The translations under genes and the position numbers were made by a program. DNA of 64,000 bases from contig OZ024742.1 of assembly GCA_964016885.1 (NCBI GenBank), positions 223,944,001 to 224,008,000 of the forward strand. The letters run 5' to 3'. Shown here piece after piece: positions 1-13,660 of the stretch. The stretch's first letter is position 1. Each line of letters opens with the position of its first letter. The notes below the pieces were generated by a model. That model had not been told where the DNA came from. It did no database searches and saw nothing but the letters and a program-made list of their open reading frames with translations. The DNA is from Eledone cirrhosa (lineage: Eukaryota).

Positions 1-798
1 TAACAGAGGAGTTCAAGACAGGCTGCCCATGGGAACTCCTATACGCAGACGACCTGACACTCATAGCGGAATCAATGGCCGAGCTAGAGAAGAAATTCCA
101 AACATGGAAGCACGGCCTAGAGTCAAAAGGACTTAAAATTAACCTGGCTAAGACCAAAGTACTAGTTTGTAGGAAAGAAAACAAGGCGGCGGTCCCTTCT
201 GGGAAATGGTCGTGCTCGGTGTGTAGGAAAGGCGTAGGTAGAAACTCCATTTTATGTCCTAAATGCAAAGTATGGGTGCATAAAAGATGTAGTGGGATCA
301 CAGGTAAGCTAACTAAGAACATAGATTTTACATGTGGCCGGTGCTCTGGTGCAATAAGTAGCAGCAAGTGCCCACAAACTACTAGCTCTTTCAATTGCGC
401 AGAGGGTTCTATAGAAATAGTGGACAGCTTCCGTTACCTGGGCGATAAAATCAGCAGTGGGGGAGGGTGCTCTGAAAGTACTGTAGCTAGAGTCAGAACT
501 GGTTGGAAAAAGTTCAGAGAGCTTATACCACTATTAGCTGCTAAAGGGTTCTCACTAAAAATGAAAGGCAGGTTGTACGATGCCTGCATACGAACAGCAA
601 TGCTGCATGGCAGTGAGACCTGGGCATTGTGTGCAGAGGATATACGCAGACTAGAGAGGAACGAAGCTTGCATGCTCCGCTGGATGTGTAACAGTAATAT
701 ACGTGAACGGCAAAGCATAAACGAACTAAGGAAAAAATTAGAGATAAGAGGGATCAGATGTTGTTTACTCGAGAGAAGGCTACGTTGGTATGGACACG
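1..798 (+). mobile_element. RTE-clade-like LINE fragment (RT C-terminal half with Cys-rich insert), cut by window start and gap
   Basis: LYADDL motif at about 39-56, upstream of and in frame with ORF 75..; GLKINLAKTK, a CxxC..CxxC..HxxC..CxxC insert, FRYLG, GSETW and RRLRWYGH are typical RTE-type ORF2 motifs. Confidence 0.9.
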
Positions 799-998
799 NN
801 NNNNNNNNNNNNNNNNNNNNNNNNNNNNNNNNNNNNNNNNNNNNNNNNNNNNNNNNNNNNNNNNNNNNNNNNNNNNNNNNNNNNNNNNNNNNNNNNNNNN
901 NNNNNNNNNNNNNNNNNNNNNNNNNNNNNNNNNNNNNNNNNNNNNNNNNNNNNNNNNNNNNNNNNNNNNNNNNNNNNNNNNNNNNNNNNNNNNNNNNN
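799..998. other. Assembly gap (200 N)
   Basis: Run of n. Confidence 1.
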
Positions 999-1015
999 GA
1001 TTGAACCCGGTATAA

Positions 1016-1109
<94 letters not shown>

Positions 1110-1112
<3 letters not shown>

Positions 1113-1205
1113 GTAGAACACTGGAAGGTAGTATCCGCTGAGGATTCGCTAAGGTGAAACAATTGTTCTCGGTATGGTGAACTAACTGTTGTGTAACCAC
1201 TTCTA
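1110..1205 (+). mobile_element. Short insertion in (TA)n with degenerate hammerhead-like motif (1135-1172)
   Basis: ccg-CTGAGGA-ttcgctaaggt-GAAAC-aatt-GTT..cgg, with (TA)n on both sides. Confidence 0.45.
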
Positions 1206-1219
1206 TATATATATACATA

Positions 1220-1294
<75 letters not shown>

Positions 1295-1355
1295 ATTTCT
1301 ATATATATATTAATTCAAAATATTAACAAAATAGATATTCTTGTGATCAAGTATA

Positions 1356-1418
1356 TTTTATTATACATATTTCAGAGGTACTGAGTTAAGTTCAACAGTA
1401 CGTCCTCATCAGATAAAA
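1356..1418 (-). ncRNA. Type I hammerhead ribozyme candidate
   Basis: Sense: tttat-CTGATGA-gg.gtactg..cagtac.ctct-GAAA-T-atgt-A-TA-ataaa; stem I tttat/ataaa, AUA site. Confidence 0.7.
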
Positions 1419-1973
1419 AAAAGATGATGCATGACATACCCTGATATAGTAGATGGTTAAGATTCAGACATCGAAACACGAGAAAGAAAATATATAATTC
1501 TTTTATACCCTCACGAAGGTAATCTTTACCAAAATTATTTATAATATTGACAACAGTTTATATAATATAATTTATAAAATAATTATAGTTATAATTATTA
1601 AAGAATTTATGGTTAAATAGTTTGAGTGCCTAAAGGATCAACCGGCCTTATAACTAAACTTAAAGAAGTCTGAATTTTTAATTATATATATGTGTTAATC
1701 AAAACATATACAAGGATTATAATGTCTAAAGACTTAAGTTGATACCTTTCCAATATATATAATATAATACAATAATATAATAATACAATATATTAAATAA
1801 GTTACTGAAAATATTGTTAAAAAAATATATATAGTTAAAATATATTGTTAAAAAATATATTGTTAAAAAATTAATGTTTTATATCAATTATTTTCATTTA
1901 GTTGATATATACTATAAACCAATAAGTCAACACTACATGAGTCCTAATGATAGGGGCTAGATACAACATAAGT

Positions 1974-2384
1974 ATAAAAATAAAAATAAAAATAAAAATA
2001 AAAATAAAAATAAAAATAAAAATAAAAATAAAAATAAAAATAAAAATAAAAATAAAAATAAAAATAAAAATAAAAATAAAAATAAAAATAAAAATAAAAA
2101 TAAAAATAAAAATAAAAATAAAAATAAAAATAAAAATAAAAATAAAAATAAAAATAAAAATAAAAATAAAAATGAAAATGAAAATGAAAATGAAAATGAA
2201 AATGAAAATGAAAATGAAAATGAAAATAAAAATAAAAATAAAAATAAAAATAAAAATAAAAATAAAAATAAAAATAAAAATAAAAATAAAAATAAAAATA
2301 AAAATAAAAATAAAAATAAAAATAAAAATAAAAATAAAAATAAAAATAAAAATAAAAATAAAAATAAAAATAAAAATAAAAATA
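1974..2384. repeat. (AAAATA)n/(AAAATG)n hexamer microsatellite
   Basis: Direct reading. Confidence 0.98.
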
Positions 2385-3191
2385 ATGAATTGTTTGCGAA
2401 ACTTAAAAATGCCCAATATTAAAAATATATTATAAATGTAATAGGGTTTTAATATATAGTAGACAAAAGATACATCTAAAATATTTTAGCGAATGTGATA
2501 GAAAGAAGAGCTAAATATTTGAAAAAGCCGAAGGTAATCTAAATTTAATTAAAATAAATTAAATTAAATTAAATTATATTATATTAAGTAAAAATCACTA
2601 TATAAATTCGAACTTCCAGGGAATATCAAACACTTATATAGAGTCATTTGAGTATCCAAATTATTTATAAATGTAACTACGAGTATGTTATTACACTAGA
2701 TAAACTTATTTGTACAACTATATAGAGATATTATTATAGGTATTAATGAAACGGTATACATTTGATAAATAAATAATTATAATCATTATTAGTAATGCTA
2801 TAATTGTAGTTTTACCTCCAGTTCAGTGGAGAGAGAGACCAATATTTGTCGACTATTATGGTTTGTTATATTTATACCTAGATATATATAAAAAATAAAT
2901 AAATGCAAATCTAACTTTCTGAGTCCCCAAAACATGCTCAAAATTAGTAAAATATGCAAACGCATGAATGATCTACAGTTCAATTATAATCGGTAAATTT
3001 ACAAGTTAAATATCCAAATTATATATTTAAAACAGAGACAGATAAATAAAGTTCTGAATCAAAAATTATAAATATCTAAAAAAATCCTAAGGTGTGCATA
3101 TTTGTCAAGTAAACAAGTTATCAAAAGAGTATCCTTCATTCTAACATTAATTCTATCATAAATGATTAGAAGATAAAGCATTATTAAAGTT

Positions 3192-3625
3192 TTATAAACC
3201 GTTATGACTTTTTAGGCCCAACAGTTGATAAGAGACGTCAAAAATTAAGGCCTGATTGTTTAATGTTTTTTTCCTGACTTTTTGCGAGGCTTGGAATGTA
3301 GACAAAGCTTTATGAAGGCAGTTTGAGAATAATTCACTTTTTTTGTTAATTAAGTTTTCATAATTAGTAATTATTAATAGGGTCTCCTTTGTACAGAGGT
3401 TGCAGTTAGTTGATATAGAGAGGTTCGTATATATTTTACTATTACAAAGCTTCATCCAAAAGATCGAATATTTTAAATTTTTGTCTTTTAATGACCATAT
3501 AACTTGTGATAAAGAAGTCGAAGACTTCCTATTAAAATTCGATAATGAGCATTTGTGATTCGCAAATCTCGATTTAAATGTCGAAGAAGTTGCTCCTATG
3601 TAGTTGTATGTGTTGTTATTTGTTG

Positions 3626-3627
<2 letters not shown>
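3192..3627 (-). pseudogene. PLE GIY-YIG endonuclease C-terminal remnant
   Basis: YIG motif, R..NH, CNLCxxE and LINKKSEL motifs; homologous to the remnant at 13224-13660. Confidence 0.8.
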
Positions 3628-3661
<34 letters not shown>

Positions 3662-3662
3662 G

Positions 3663-3708
<46 letters not shown>

Positions 3709-3713
<5 letters not shown>

Positions 3714-3930
3714 ATATTAAAGAAATGTAAACTATATTTATAAAACCATATTTATTCTATTATATATATTTCAAGGGTACCAAAAATTTTGTACGCTATC
3801 ATCAGATAAAATACAAAATGTTTTATAAATATTTGACATGACCAAGGATAATATACCTTAACGGTTCAAGTGATCCCTGGGTATCACAGGGTTAAAGACA
3901 TCTGTCAAATCAATTAGGGTGAAGGTGGAG
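3709..3930 (-). mobile_element. PLE-type 3'-end fragment in (TA)n with hammerhead (3756-3810)
   Basis: Sense tat-CTGATGA-tagcgtac..gtaccctt-GAAA-tatata-TA-ata; homologous to 27500-27620. Confidence 0.65.
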
Positions 3931-4216
3931 TATATATATATATATATATATATATATAGGTACACACGCGCACACACACACACATATATTGAGTGAGTGT
4001 GAAAGACCAAGGGTCATTATTGAAAGTCAATGGATTTCGCAAAATACATACTTTTTATTGGAGAAGGTAAGATATTTTTCCGCAATAATTTGATTGCACT
4101 GTTTTGTTTCCATTTTTTGAAAATGTTAATTATTCATTATAAAAATTAAATGATAGCATTCTATATGTAGGTGGGCCTCCTTCATCTGGCAACCAATATT
4201 TTTAGACAGTCCGCCA

Positions 4217-4286
<70 letters not shown>

Positions 4287-4290
<4 letters not shown>

Positions 4291-5533
4291 AAGTAAGTCC
4301 TTCATCAGTGACCCTCCAACCGTCCCAGGCATTTCATCGCTTTAAGGGCCATATACCTCAGGTTGGTGCGAACAACGGCTAAAAAAAGTCGTTGGGACAC
4401 GTAAATAAAGGGGACGTTAGGGTAACAAACAAAATGGTTTAAGCAGCGGAAAGTGAGAAGAAAGAGACAAGTCCCAGATTTCTATGAATATAAACTCGGT
4501 GAAATCGTGAACAAGAGACAAAAGACCATCAAACCTGGTTGAAATGTGAGCAAGGAAGGAATTTCGCACAGGTCTAATGGGGGGAAGAAGAAGAAGGGGT
4601 CTGGTCTACGAATTCGGTAAACATAAGTTTTGTGAAGTCGCAGACGAAAGAGAGAGAGAGAAAAAAAATTTCATACCGGCTTGAGCAAGAACGCGCGAGA
4701 AAAGAATTACACGCAGGTCAAACGGGAAGAAAGAGGAGGAAAGAGGAGGAGGAGGAGGAGAGGTAGTGACAGAGAATGAGTGAGTGAAAGTTGAGGAGGA
4801 GGCTAACAGAGAGAGAGACTGCTAGAAAGGGTAAATATACAAAGAACGAAAGTACCCCATTTGCAACGCGCAGCTCATCATTATTATCATATTTACACAT
4901 ATTTTTTCTTCTGCTGCCACCCGTCTGTTTCGTTCTTTGTATCTTTACCCTTTCTAGCAGTCTCTCTCTCTGTTAGCCTCCTCCTCAACTTTCACTCACT
5001 CATTCTCTGTCACTACCTCTCCTCCTCCTCCCCCTCCTCCTCTTTCCTCCTCTTTCTTCCCGTTTGACCTGCGTGTAATTCTTTTCTCGCGCGTTCTTGG
5101 TCAAGCCGGTATGAAATTTTTTTTCTCTCTCTCTCTTTCGTCTGCGACTTCACAAAACTTATGTTTACCGAATTCGTAGACCAGACCCCTTCTTCTTCCC
5201 CCCGTTAGACCTGTGCGAAATTCCTTCCTTGCTCACATTTCAACCAGGTTTGATGGTCTTTTGTCTCTTGTTCACGATTTCACCGAGTTTATATTCATAG
5301 AAATCTGGGACTTGTCTCTTTCTTCTCACTTTCCGCTGCTTAAACCATTTTGTTTGTTACCCTAACGTCCCCTTTATTTACGTGTCCCAACGACTTTTTT
5401 TAGCCGTTGTTCGCACCAACCTGAGGTATATGGCCCTTAAAGCGATGAAATGCCTGGGACGGTTGGAGGGTCACTGATGAAGGACTTACTTTTTCATATG
5501 TACCCCATTTGCAACGCGCAGCTCATCATTATT

Positions 5534-5540
<7 letters not shown>
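4287..5540. mobile_element. Foldback insertion in (TA)n built from a 648-bp circularly permuted unit
   Basis: 4287-4851 is the near-perfect reverse complement of about 4928-5499; 4852-4892 is repeated directly at 5500-5540; CTGATGA at 5474. Confidence 0.85.
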
Positions 5541-5620
<80 letters not shown>

Positions 5621-5636
5621 AAGTAATATATATGTA

Positions 5637-6810
5637 TATATATTTAAAAGAAACCAAAGAACGCTTACATACTCAAACAGTTTTTATTTGCTTACAATGT
5701 TTCATCCATACCTTTTGGTAGGAATCCTCAGAGCTTAATAAACACAGTGTTGAGTATAAGCGCCACAGAAAATTTAACCCCTAGACATTCGTGAAACATG
5801 TAACCAATTGGTCTAGCCTATATGGTTAATATATATGTGTAATAACTTTGCCAGTTGGTTTTACAGTAACTAATATAATAAGATTGCTACAGCTCTTTCT
5901 TACTATAACTCCGATTGCTTGTGCATAGCTTGCTTTTTATGTCATGCCTGTCTATATACTTGTTAAACTCAGCTCTATCCTGTAATAACCATATTTTGCT
6001 TGTGTATGACTTGTACTTATGTGATACCCACCTATATGCTTGTGGAGCACCGATTGGCTACGTAATTCGGGTACCTACCAGTATACTTTGTGTATGTATA
6101 ACATAGCGGGGATTCTGATTACTGTGGTCTTTCTGGATGTACTGCAAGGACCTCCTAAAGCTTATATAATTATAAGTTACGGGGATCCTATCCACTCGTT
6201 TTGGTAGGAACCAGCGCTTAAATTCCTCTGGCTTCTTTATGTGCTTATAACATTTTTCTTCTTTCTGTTTTTATTTCTTTTTTGAAAACTTAAAAAAAAA
6301 ATGTTTACTTTTCTAATCTTTTACCTTTTTACTCTTTATATTATCTTCCTTTTATTTTATTTTTTTAATTATTATTTTTTTAAAATTATTTTATTATTAT
6401 TTTCTATTATTTTTTATTATATTTTAACCATTGTCTGTATCTTTTGCTTTTGCTTTTGTGTGCCATCAATTGTATCTGCATCTTGTGGAATCCGCTTGTG
6501 CCCTGGCATTTAGCTGTGGTGATTAACAACCCCAACATGAACCCCTCCTTGTTAGCCATCTCCGATCTCCCTATCTTTACCCTCTTTTGCAGTCTGATTG
6601 TTCGAGTGACTAGGCTTTGTGGAGCTTATACTCAGCACTGTGTTTATTAAACTCTGAGGATTCCTACCAAAAGGTATGGATGAAACATTGTAAGCAAATA
6701 AAAACTGTTTGAGTATGTAAGCGTTCTTTGGTTTCTTTTAAATATATCGGCTCTGTTCTTGTACATTGAGCTAACACAATACTGTCATAATACAACACGG
6801 TACATGTGTG
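5637..6810. mobile_element. Foldback PLE-type insertion with terminal hammerheads (- 5690-5734; + 6651-6695)
   Basis: About 130-bp inverted repeat 5640-5768 / 6616-6746; sense gct-CTGAGGA-ttcctacc-aaaa-ggtatggat-GAAAC-att-GTA-agc. Confidence 0.8.
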
Positions 6811-6894
6811 TTTATGCACATATGCTCCGTGCTATACGTAAATAAATATATGTATATATATATATATACTTATATATATATATATACATACACA

Positions 6895-6941
<47 letters not shown>

Positions 6942-6960
6942 GTATATATGTATATATATG

Positions 6961-7051
<91 letters not shown>

Positions 7052-7261
7052 ATATATAACGTGCGTATGTATGAGTGGATAGACGTGCGTGTGTGTTTGT
7101 GTGTGGGTGTCAAACATATGTAGAACATAGGAGGAGGAAATAGCTAAGTAAACGCTACATGGGGGCTGGTTGGTTACGAAATGAGGTGTATCACCGAGGA
7201 AAAATGAATAAATTGACACATAGTAATTATAATGTGAAGGTTGCAGTGAGCAGGGTTTTCT

Positions 7262-8628
7262 TGGCGGTAGTAGTGGTGGTGGTGGTGGTAGTGGGGGTGG
7301 TGGTGGTGGGGATGATTGTGGTGATAGTGGTGATGATGGTGGTGGTGACGGTTGTGGCGGTGGTGGCGGTGGCGTTTGTGGTGATCGTGGTGATGGTGAT
7401 GGTGGTGGTGATGGTGACGGTGGTGGTGGTCGTGGTGATTGTGGTGATGGTGGTGGTAGTGGTGGTGGTGATTGTGGTGATGGTGGTGGTGGTGGTGATG
7501 TTTGTGGTGGTGGTGATGGTTGTGGTGATAGTGGTGGTGGTGGTGATGTTTGTAGTGATACTGGTGGTGGTGGTGGTGATGATAGTGGTGTTTGTGGTGA
7601 TAACGTTGGTGGTGATGGTTGTGGTGGTGGTGGTGGTGATGTTTGTGGTGGTGGTGGTGGTAGTGGTAGTGGTGGTGGTGATGTTTGTAGTGATACTGGT
7701 GGTGGTGGTGGTGGTGATGATAGTGGTGTTTGTGGTGATAACGGTGGTGGTGATGGTGGTGGTGATGGTGATGGTGGTGGTGGTGGTGGTGTTGTTTGTG
7801 GTGATAGTGGTGATAGTGGTGGGTGGTGGTGGTGATGGCGGCAGTGGCGTTCATGGTGGCGGCGGTGACGGTGGTGGTGTTTGGGGGTGATAGTGGTGGT
7901 GGTGGTCAGGGTTGTAGTGATTGTGGTGATGGTGAGACTGACGTTGATGGTGGTGGTTGTGGTGGTAGTGGTGTTGGTGGTAGTGATGCTGATGGTAGTA
8001 GTGGTGGTGATGCAGGCGGTGGAGGTGGTGGCGGCGATGGTGGTGAAGTTGGTGACAATGGTGGTAGTGGTGGCGGTGGCGATGATGGTGAAGCTGGTGA
8101 GAGTGGTGGGGGTGGAAGCGATTGTGGTGAAGCTGGTGACAGTGGTGGTAGTGGTGGTGGTGGTGGCGATGGCGGTGAAGCAGCGACAGTGGTGGTAGTG
8201 GTGGTGGTGGTGGCGATGGCGGTGTGAAGCTGGCGACAGTGGTGGTGGTGGTGGTGGCGATGGCGGTGAAGCTGGCGACAGTGGTGGTAGTGGTGGTGGT
8301 GGTGGCGATGGCGGTGAAGCTGGCGACAGTGGTGGTAGTGGTGGTGGTGGTGGCGATGGCGGTGAAGCAGCGACAGTGGTGGTAGTGGTGGTGGTGGTGG
8401 CGATGGCGGTGAAGCAGCGACAGTGGTGGTAGTGGTGGTGGTGGTGGCGATGGCGGTGGAGCAGCGACAGTGGTGGTGGTGGTGGTGGCGATGGCGGTGA
8501 ATCTGGTGACAGTGATGGTAGTGGTGGTGGTGGTGGCGATGGCGGTGAATCTGGTGACAGTGATGGTAGTGGTGGTGGTGGTGGCGATGGTGGTGAATCT
8601 GGCGACAGTGGTGGTAGTGGTGGTGGCA
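7262..8628. repeat. Degenerate (GGT)n-based low-complexity repeat with 33-39-bp higher-order units
   Basis: Direct reading; produces stop-poor Pro-, His- and Val-rich ORFs in several frames. Confidence 0.9.
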
Positions 8629-8826
8629 AGGAACCCTTGGTAGTCAATGGAAGGTGTTTAGTGGTGTGGTGTTTCTAAGTAGAGAAAGAGAAACTGTGCT
8701 CCGTGTTAATATGTGTATTTAACCTTTGGTGTGTGATATATCTTGTTGATACGGAGTAGCTATACTATATGATATGCACGTACCGGGAGTGAGAGGAGAT
8801 CTATTCAGACTTACATTCACACACAC

Positions 8827-8939
<113 letters not shown>

Positions 8940-9121
8940 TTCTCCACCCAATTCTTTTTATCCCAATAACTTATTTTAGTTCTTGTACCTGCTGGCCGGA
9001 GGTATCTGGTCTTTAATGCGAAGAAATACCTATGATGGGTAGTAGACCACTGATGATGGATAGTCCTGACTTCTATTTCTAATTCTTCATTTAATTTGTA
9101 TATATATATATATATATATAA

Positions 9122-9196
<75 letters not shown>

Positions 9197-9238
9197 TGTA
9201 ATGAAAATTTGATACCGCGTCCATATTTTTAATATATG

Positions 9239-9318
<80 letters not shown>

Positions 9319-9372
9319 TTATATATATATATATATGTATATATATATACATACACACATACATATATATAT

Positions 9373-11152
9373 ATAACTTTGATAACTTTGATAGGTTTCG
9401 GCCAGTATTGGCCCAGGCCATGTCTAACTTAATAGCACCACCTGGCGAAGTCTTACAAATCAGAGTTTGGGCACCATGGCCCACTCGAGCAGAGAGTTAT
9501 TGTTTACGGAGGCATATCCGAGTGTAGGAGGCTTATCCGGGATTTCTTGAAGGAATTTATCCAAAGACTTCTTGAACTTGATGGGGTCTGTCTCTGCTTT
9601 GATGAGTTTTGGTGTAATATTAAAGAGTGCAGGGCCAATTGAGGTGAAATAATTGTGCCGTATTGTGATGCGAGTGGGATTTTTGTCGTGGGCGGATAGC
9701 ACGAGGCTCAAGCCTTGGGTGTACATTAAAGGTGATGCCAACATCATTTGGGCTAAGCTGATGGAATATTTTCCACATCATACAGATAATGTAGCGCTTA
9801 CGGCGACGTTGAAGAGAATAAAGTTTGAGCTTTTCCAATCGACCCCAATAGTCAAGGCCTGTCATGCCATCTATCCTTTTTGTAATTGATCTTTGGGGTA
9901 CTTCAACTTTCATGATACTTTGTTTCGTGTGGGGTGACCACAGTGAACAACAGTATTCAAGGTGGGGTCGGGAAAAAGTGGAGAAGAGAAGGACAACAGT
10001 GTGGATATCTCTCGACTGAAAAGTTCTGAGAATCCAGGAACACATTCTGCGGGCCCTATCAACTTTGCTGTTTATATGAGTGGCCCAGCTTATATTGTTG
10101 TCCACAATTACTCCCAGGTATCTGATGTTATTGGAGGCCACTAGAGTTTCACCCGAAGGAAGAGAGTATGGTAGTTTCAGGGCATCCTTTTTTCCAAGGT
10201 GGATTAGTTCAAATTTATCCTCATTCAACAGCATATTATTCATTTCTGCCCATTGGATAACAGCCAGTAGGTCTGACTGAAGGCAAGTCCGGTCACCCAC
10301 CTCATTGATGACCCCTTGGAGCTTGGAATCATCTGCGAAGATTCTGATGTTGCTGTGTTTGATGATGTCAGTAATGTCATTAATGTAGATGATGAAAAGA
10401 AGTGGGCCCAACACAGTGCCTTGTGGGACGCCACTGCTGACTTTGGCAGGACTTGATTTTACTCCTTCGACTACAACATGCTGGGTTCTGCCTGTCAGGA
10501 AACATTTGATCCACTGTAGTAGCCTTCCAGAGACACCAACATTGGATAGTTTTTTCAGTAGAATCTTATGATCAACCCTGTCGAAGGCCTTGCTGAAATC
10601 AAGGTAGATGACATCAGTGTTGGAGCCCTCTCCCAAGGCTCTCAAAACATCGTCAAAGTGATGCAGGAGCTGCGTTAGGCAGTCCCTCCCATTATGCAAT
10701 CCATGTTGGTTGGAGTTCAGCAGGCCGTTGCTTTCAAGAAAGTGGGTTATTCGTGATCTCACCACCCTCTCAAATACCTTGATAATATGAGAGGTGAGTG
10801 AGATCAGACGGTAGTTCACTGCAAGGGATTTATTTCCCTTTTTGAAGACTGGGACAACGGACTGGGACAGAAAGTTTTCAGGAATATAGCCAGTGTCCAG
10901 TGAGTTCCTCCACAGATTAGCAAGAGAAGATGCAAGTTGGCGTCGACACACCTTCAGGACACAAGCAGGAAACCTGTCGGGGCCTACTGCTGAATTGTGT
11001 TTAATTTCGTTTATTGCCGCTAAGACATCAGGGGCACCAAACGTTATGTCTGATATAGTGTGTTGGGGATTAACATCACTGATACGGCCCAGATCGGCGA
11101 TATTAGGATTGCTGAAAACAGAGCAGTATTGTTTCTGCAGTATCTCGACCAT
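9373..11152 (-). mobile_element. 5'-truncated CR1/L2-group LINE with largely intact RT
   Basis: ORF 9620..11290: GPDR, YRLISL, QHG, YLDFSKAFDRVDH, GVPQGTVLGP, FADD, YLGV, RPHLEYC; 3' tail of short TATCAAAGT repeats next to (TA)n. Confidence 0.92.
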
Positions 11153-11535
11153 GGTTTTGGCAATGTCCTGGAGTGTGATATTTTCATCAACTAGGGGGCC
11201 AACAGTGGGGTTGAGTTTGGGGTTGAGGTTGATTTTCTCAATGGTCCACCTCTCTTCAGCTATTCTCTGGTTATTGATGATGGTCATCATGCATTGCTGG
11301 ATGTTATATTTTTTTTACTCAAGCAGGGTGATAGCCATTGAATGTGTGTGTTGCTGTTGGCAGTGTTTTAATGTGTTAATTTTTTTGTTTGTTCTTTTTA
11401 TTTTTCTGATAATTGTTTTTCTGTTTTGGGGGATACTGCACTTGGTTTTGTTCACAGGTTTTGGTGGGGTGTGTTTTGTACATATATTTGTGACAGTGTC
11501 TACAAAGATCTGCCAAGATGTTTTGATGTTGGTGG

Positions 11536-11897
<362 letters not shown>

Positions 11898-11910
11898 CAT
11901 ATATATATAA

Positions 11911-11943
<33 letters not shown>

Positions 11944-11950
11944 GATATAC

Positions 11951-12015
<65 letters not shown>

Positions 12016-12141
12016 GTAGGAGGTGAGTTTTATTGTAGTACAATAAAGCAATGCAGATATCGGATAAGTACCACTCTACAGTTTGTAGGACTGGAGTATA
12101 CATAATATAAGATCAAAAGATGGTTAAAAGAGTTCCATGTA

Positions 12142-12208
12142 TTTTATTATGCGCATTTCAAAAACAAATATCATCATGCGATGGCATTTGCGTTTTCGTC
12201 AGATAAAA
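12142..12208 (-). ncRNA. Type I hammerhead ribozyme candidate
   Basis: ttttat-CTGACGA-aaacgcaaatg..tatttgttttt-GAAA-TGCGCA-TA-ataaaa; palindromic stem III. Confidence 0.75.
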
Positions 12209-13223
12209 TAGGGATAAAGATATGAAGGTTAAAAAACACTTGTGAATAGTGCAGTTTTAAATCAACATATGAAAAGTAATTTAAGATTGATGTGTGATAT
12301 TGGGAAAAATAATAAGGGGGGTTGGAAAGGATGAAAAAGAGGAGGAGATGAGAGTAAAAAATGGTGGGGGGGGAGGAGTATAATAAGGAAGGATGAGATA
12401 GGAGGAGAGATGGGTGATAGAAAGAGAGAGATAGCCTTTATAACTGAGAAAAATATATATTGTTTTACAGAGAGAGGTTAAAAAGCCGTTGGAAGATAAT
12501 ATATAATTTAAAAGAATTTCAAAATTAATGAAGAGAAAAAAAATTAAGAATAATGTTAAATTAAGGTTTGTATATTGAAGGGTTTAATAATATGTGCGTA
12601 ATATATGTAAATAGTTTGTTTACAAATGAGCGCAGAAGGCAAAGAAGGAGATAGTGTTTAAGGAAGAGAAGACTCTAACATGAAAATATGTATGTTTATG
12701 AAGTATTTCCTAATAGTAATAATATAATGTAATAAAGGAGATTAGTTAGGGTTTAAGTTTGTTTTTGTGATGTGTAATATGTAAAAGTTAGACGAGCATG
12801 AAAGGGAAATTAAAATAATGAATTGAGGATGAATAATCTAACGTAAAAAAAATGTTTATGTTTACGAAGGATTTTTAAGGGTGATACTATAAAGTATTTA
12901 AAAGGGTAATAGTAAGTTTTATGGCCAGTGATATGATGGAAGAAGGAAGAGTGGATATATTGTGGTGAGTAATAATGAGAATTGAGAAGTATCTAAGAAG
13001 AAAAGGTACAGATTAGAGGTTAGAAATTAAAAGAAAAAAGGAAAAAAGGAAGAAAGGGAAGTGATAAATAGGAATGATATAGAATGATATAGAATGAGTA
13101 ACTAGTATTATATAATGTATAATAAATAACATTGAAATAAGGTAGAAAGATGGGTATATTTTTAAAGAAATATATATATATGCCTTTGAGAAAAAGGATT
13201 TTAAATTGGTAAAGTATTAGATA

Positions 13224-13660
13224 TTAGCTGTATACTTTATGGAATGTTCTGTGGAATTTATGCAAGAAGAGAGAAAATAAGTCAGTGCGTCTATTTATTA
13301 TAGAATCTAAATTAGATATAATGGTAAATTTCTCACATAAACAAATATTACATATTTTGGATAGAGAGGCATTCAAGTATGGAAAGACAGAACAAACTTT
13401 CCTCCAAGAGATGTTATAGTTAATATTTTTGTCTTTCAAGGACCATATGAGTTCTGAGAGTGCCGTGTTGGTTCTTTTAAGTTAGTATTTAAAAGAAGAA
13501 TGATGATTATAAAGACGAGCTTTAAAGGAGGTGGAAGTGGAGCCAAAATAGGTAAAGGAATTGGTGTCAGTTATAACATTACATTCATAGACTAAGTTCT
13601 TTTCAAGACAATGGTTGTTGAGAGGACATTTATTTTTAACAGGGCAATTACAATTGCGAT
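13224..13660 (-). pseudogene. PLE GIY-YIG endonuclease remnant (frameshifted)
   Basis: Cys-rich linker, LVY..YFG, R..NH and CxxCxxEK motifs read across frames. Confidence 0.82.

Larger units (their letters stand above)
1291..3627 (-). mobile_element. 5'-truncated Penelope-like element: GIY-YIG end, AT-rich 3' region, terminal hammerhead
   Basis: Minus strand 3192-3627 reads YNYIGATSSTFKSRFANHK...VIWSLKDK...CNLCTKE...LINKKSEL..CLH; hammerhead at 1356-1418; flanked by (TA)n. Confidence 0.8.

Noticed and set aside
754-2435. ORFs of poly-YI, IK, IF or X (and similar CV, HT, LS, ER ORFs throughout the window)
   Set aside because: Translations of microsatellites or the N gap
4287-6810. Classical TIR DNA transposons or MITEs for the long inverted repeats
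   Set aside because: Arms are asymmetric with staggered endpoints, no transposase, and hammerhead or permutation features fit PLE-type retro-insertion better
6812-8647. 611-aa Pro-rich extensin-like ORF
   Set aside because: (GGT)n low complexity running into TA/CA microsatellites, with translation drifting between repeat frames
9040-9080. CTGATGA with a small hairpin (also CTGAAGA near 27897)
   Set aside because: No GAAA or stem III can be placed, so not counted as hammerheads
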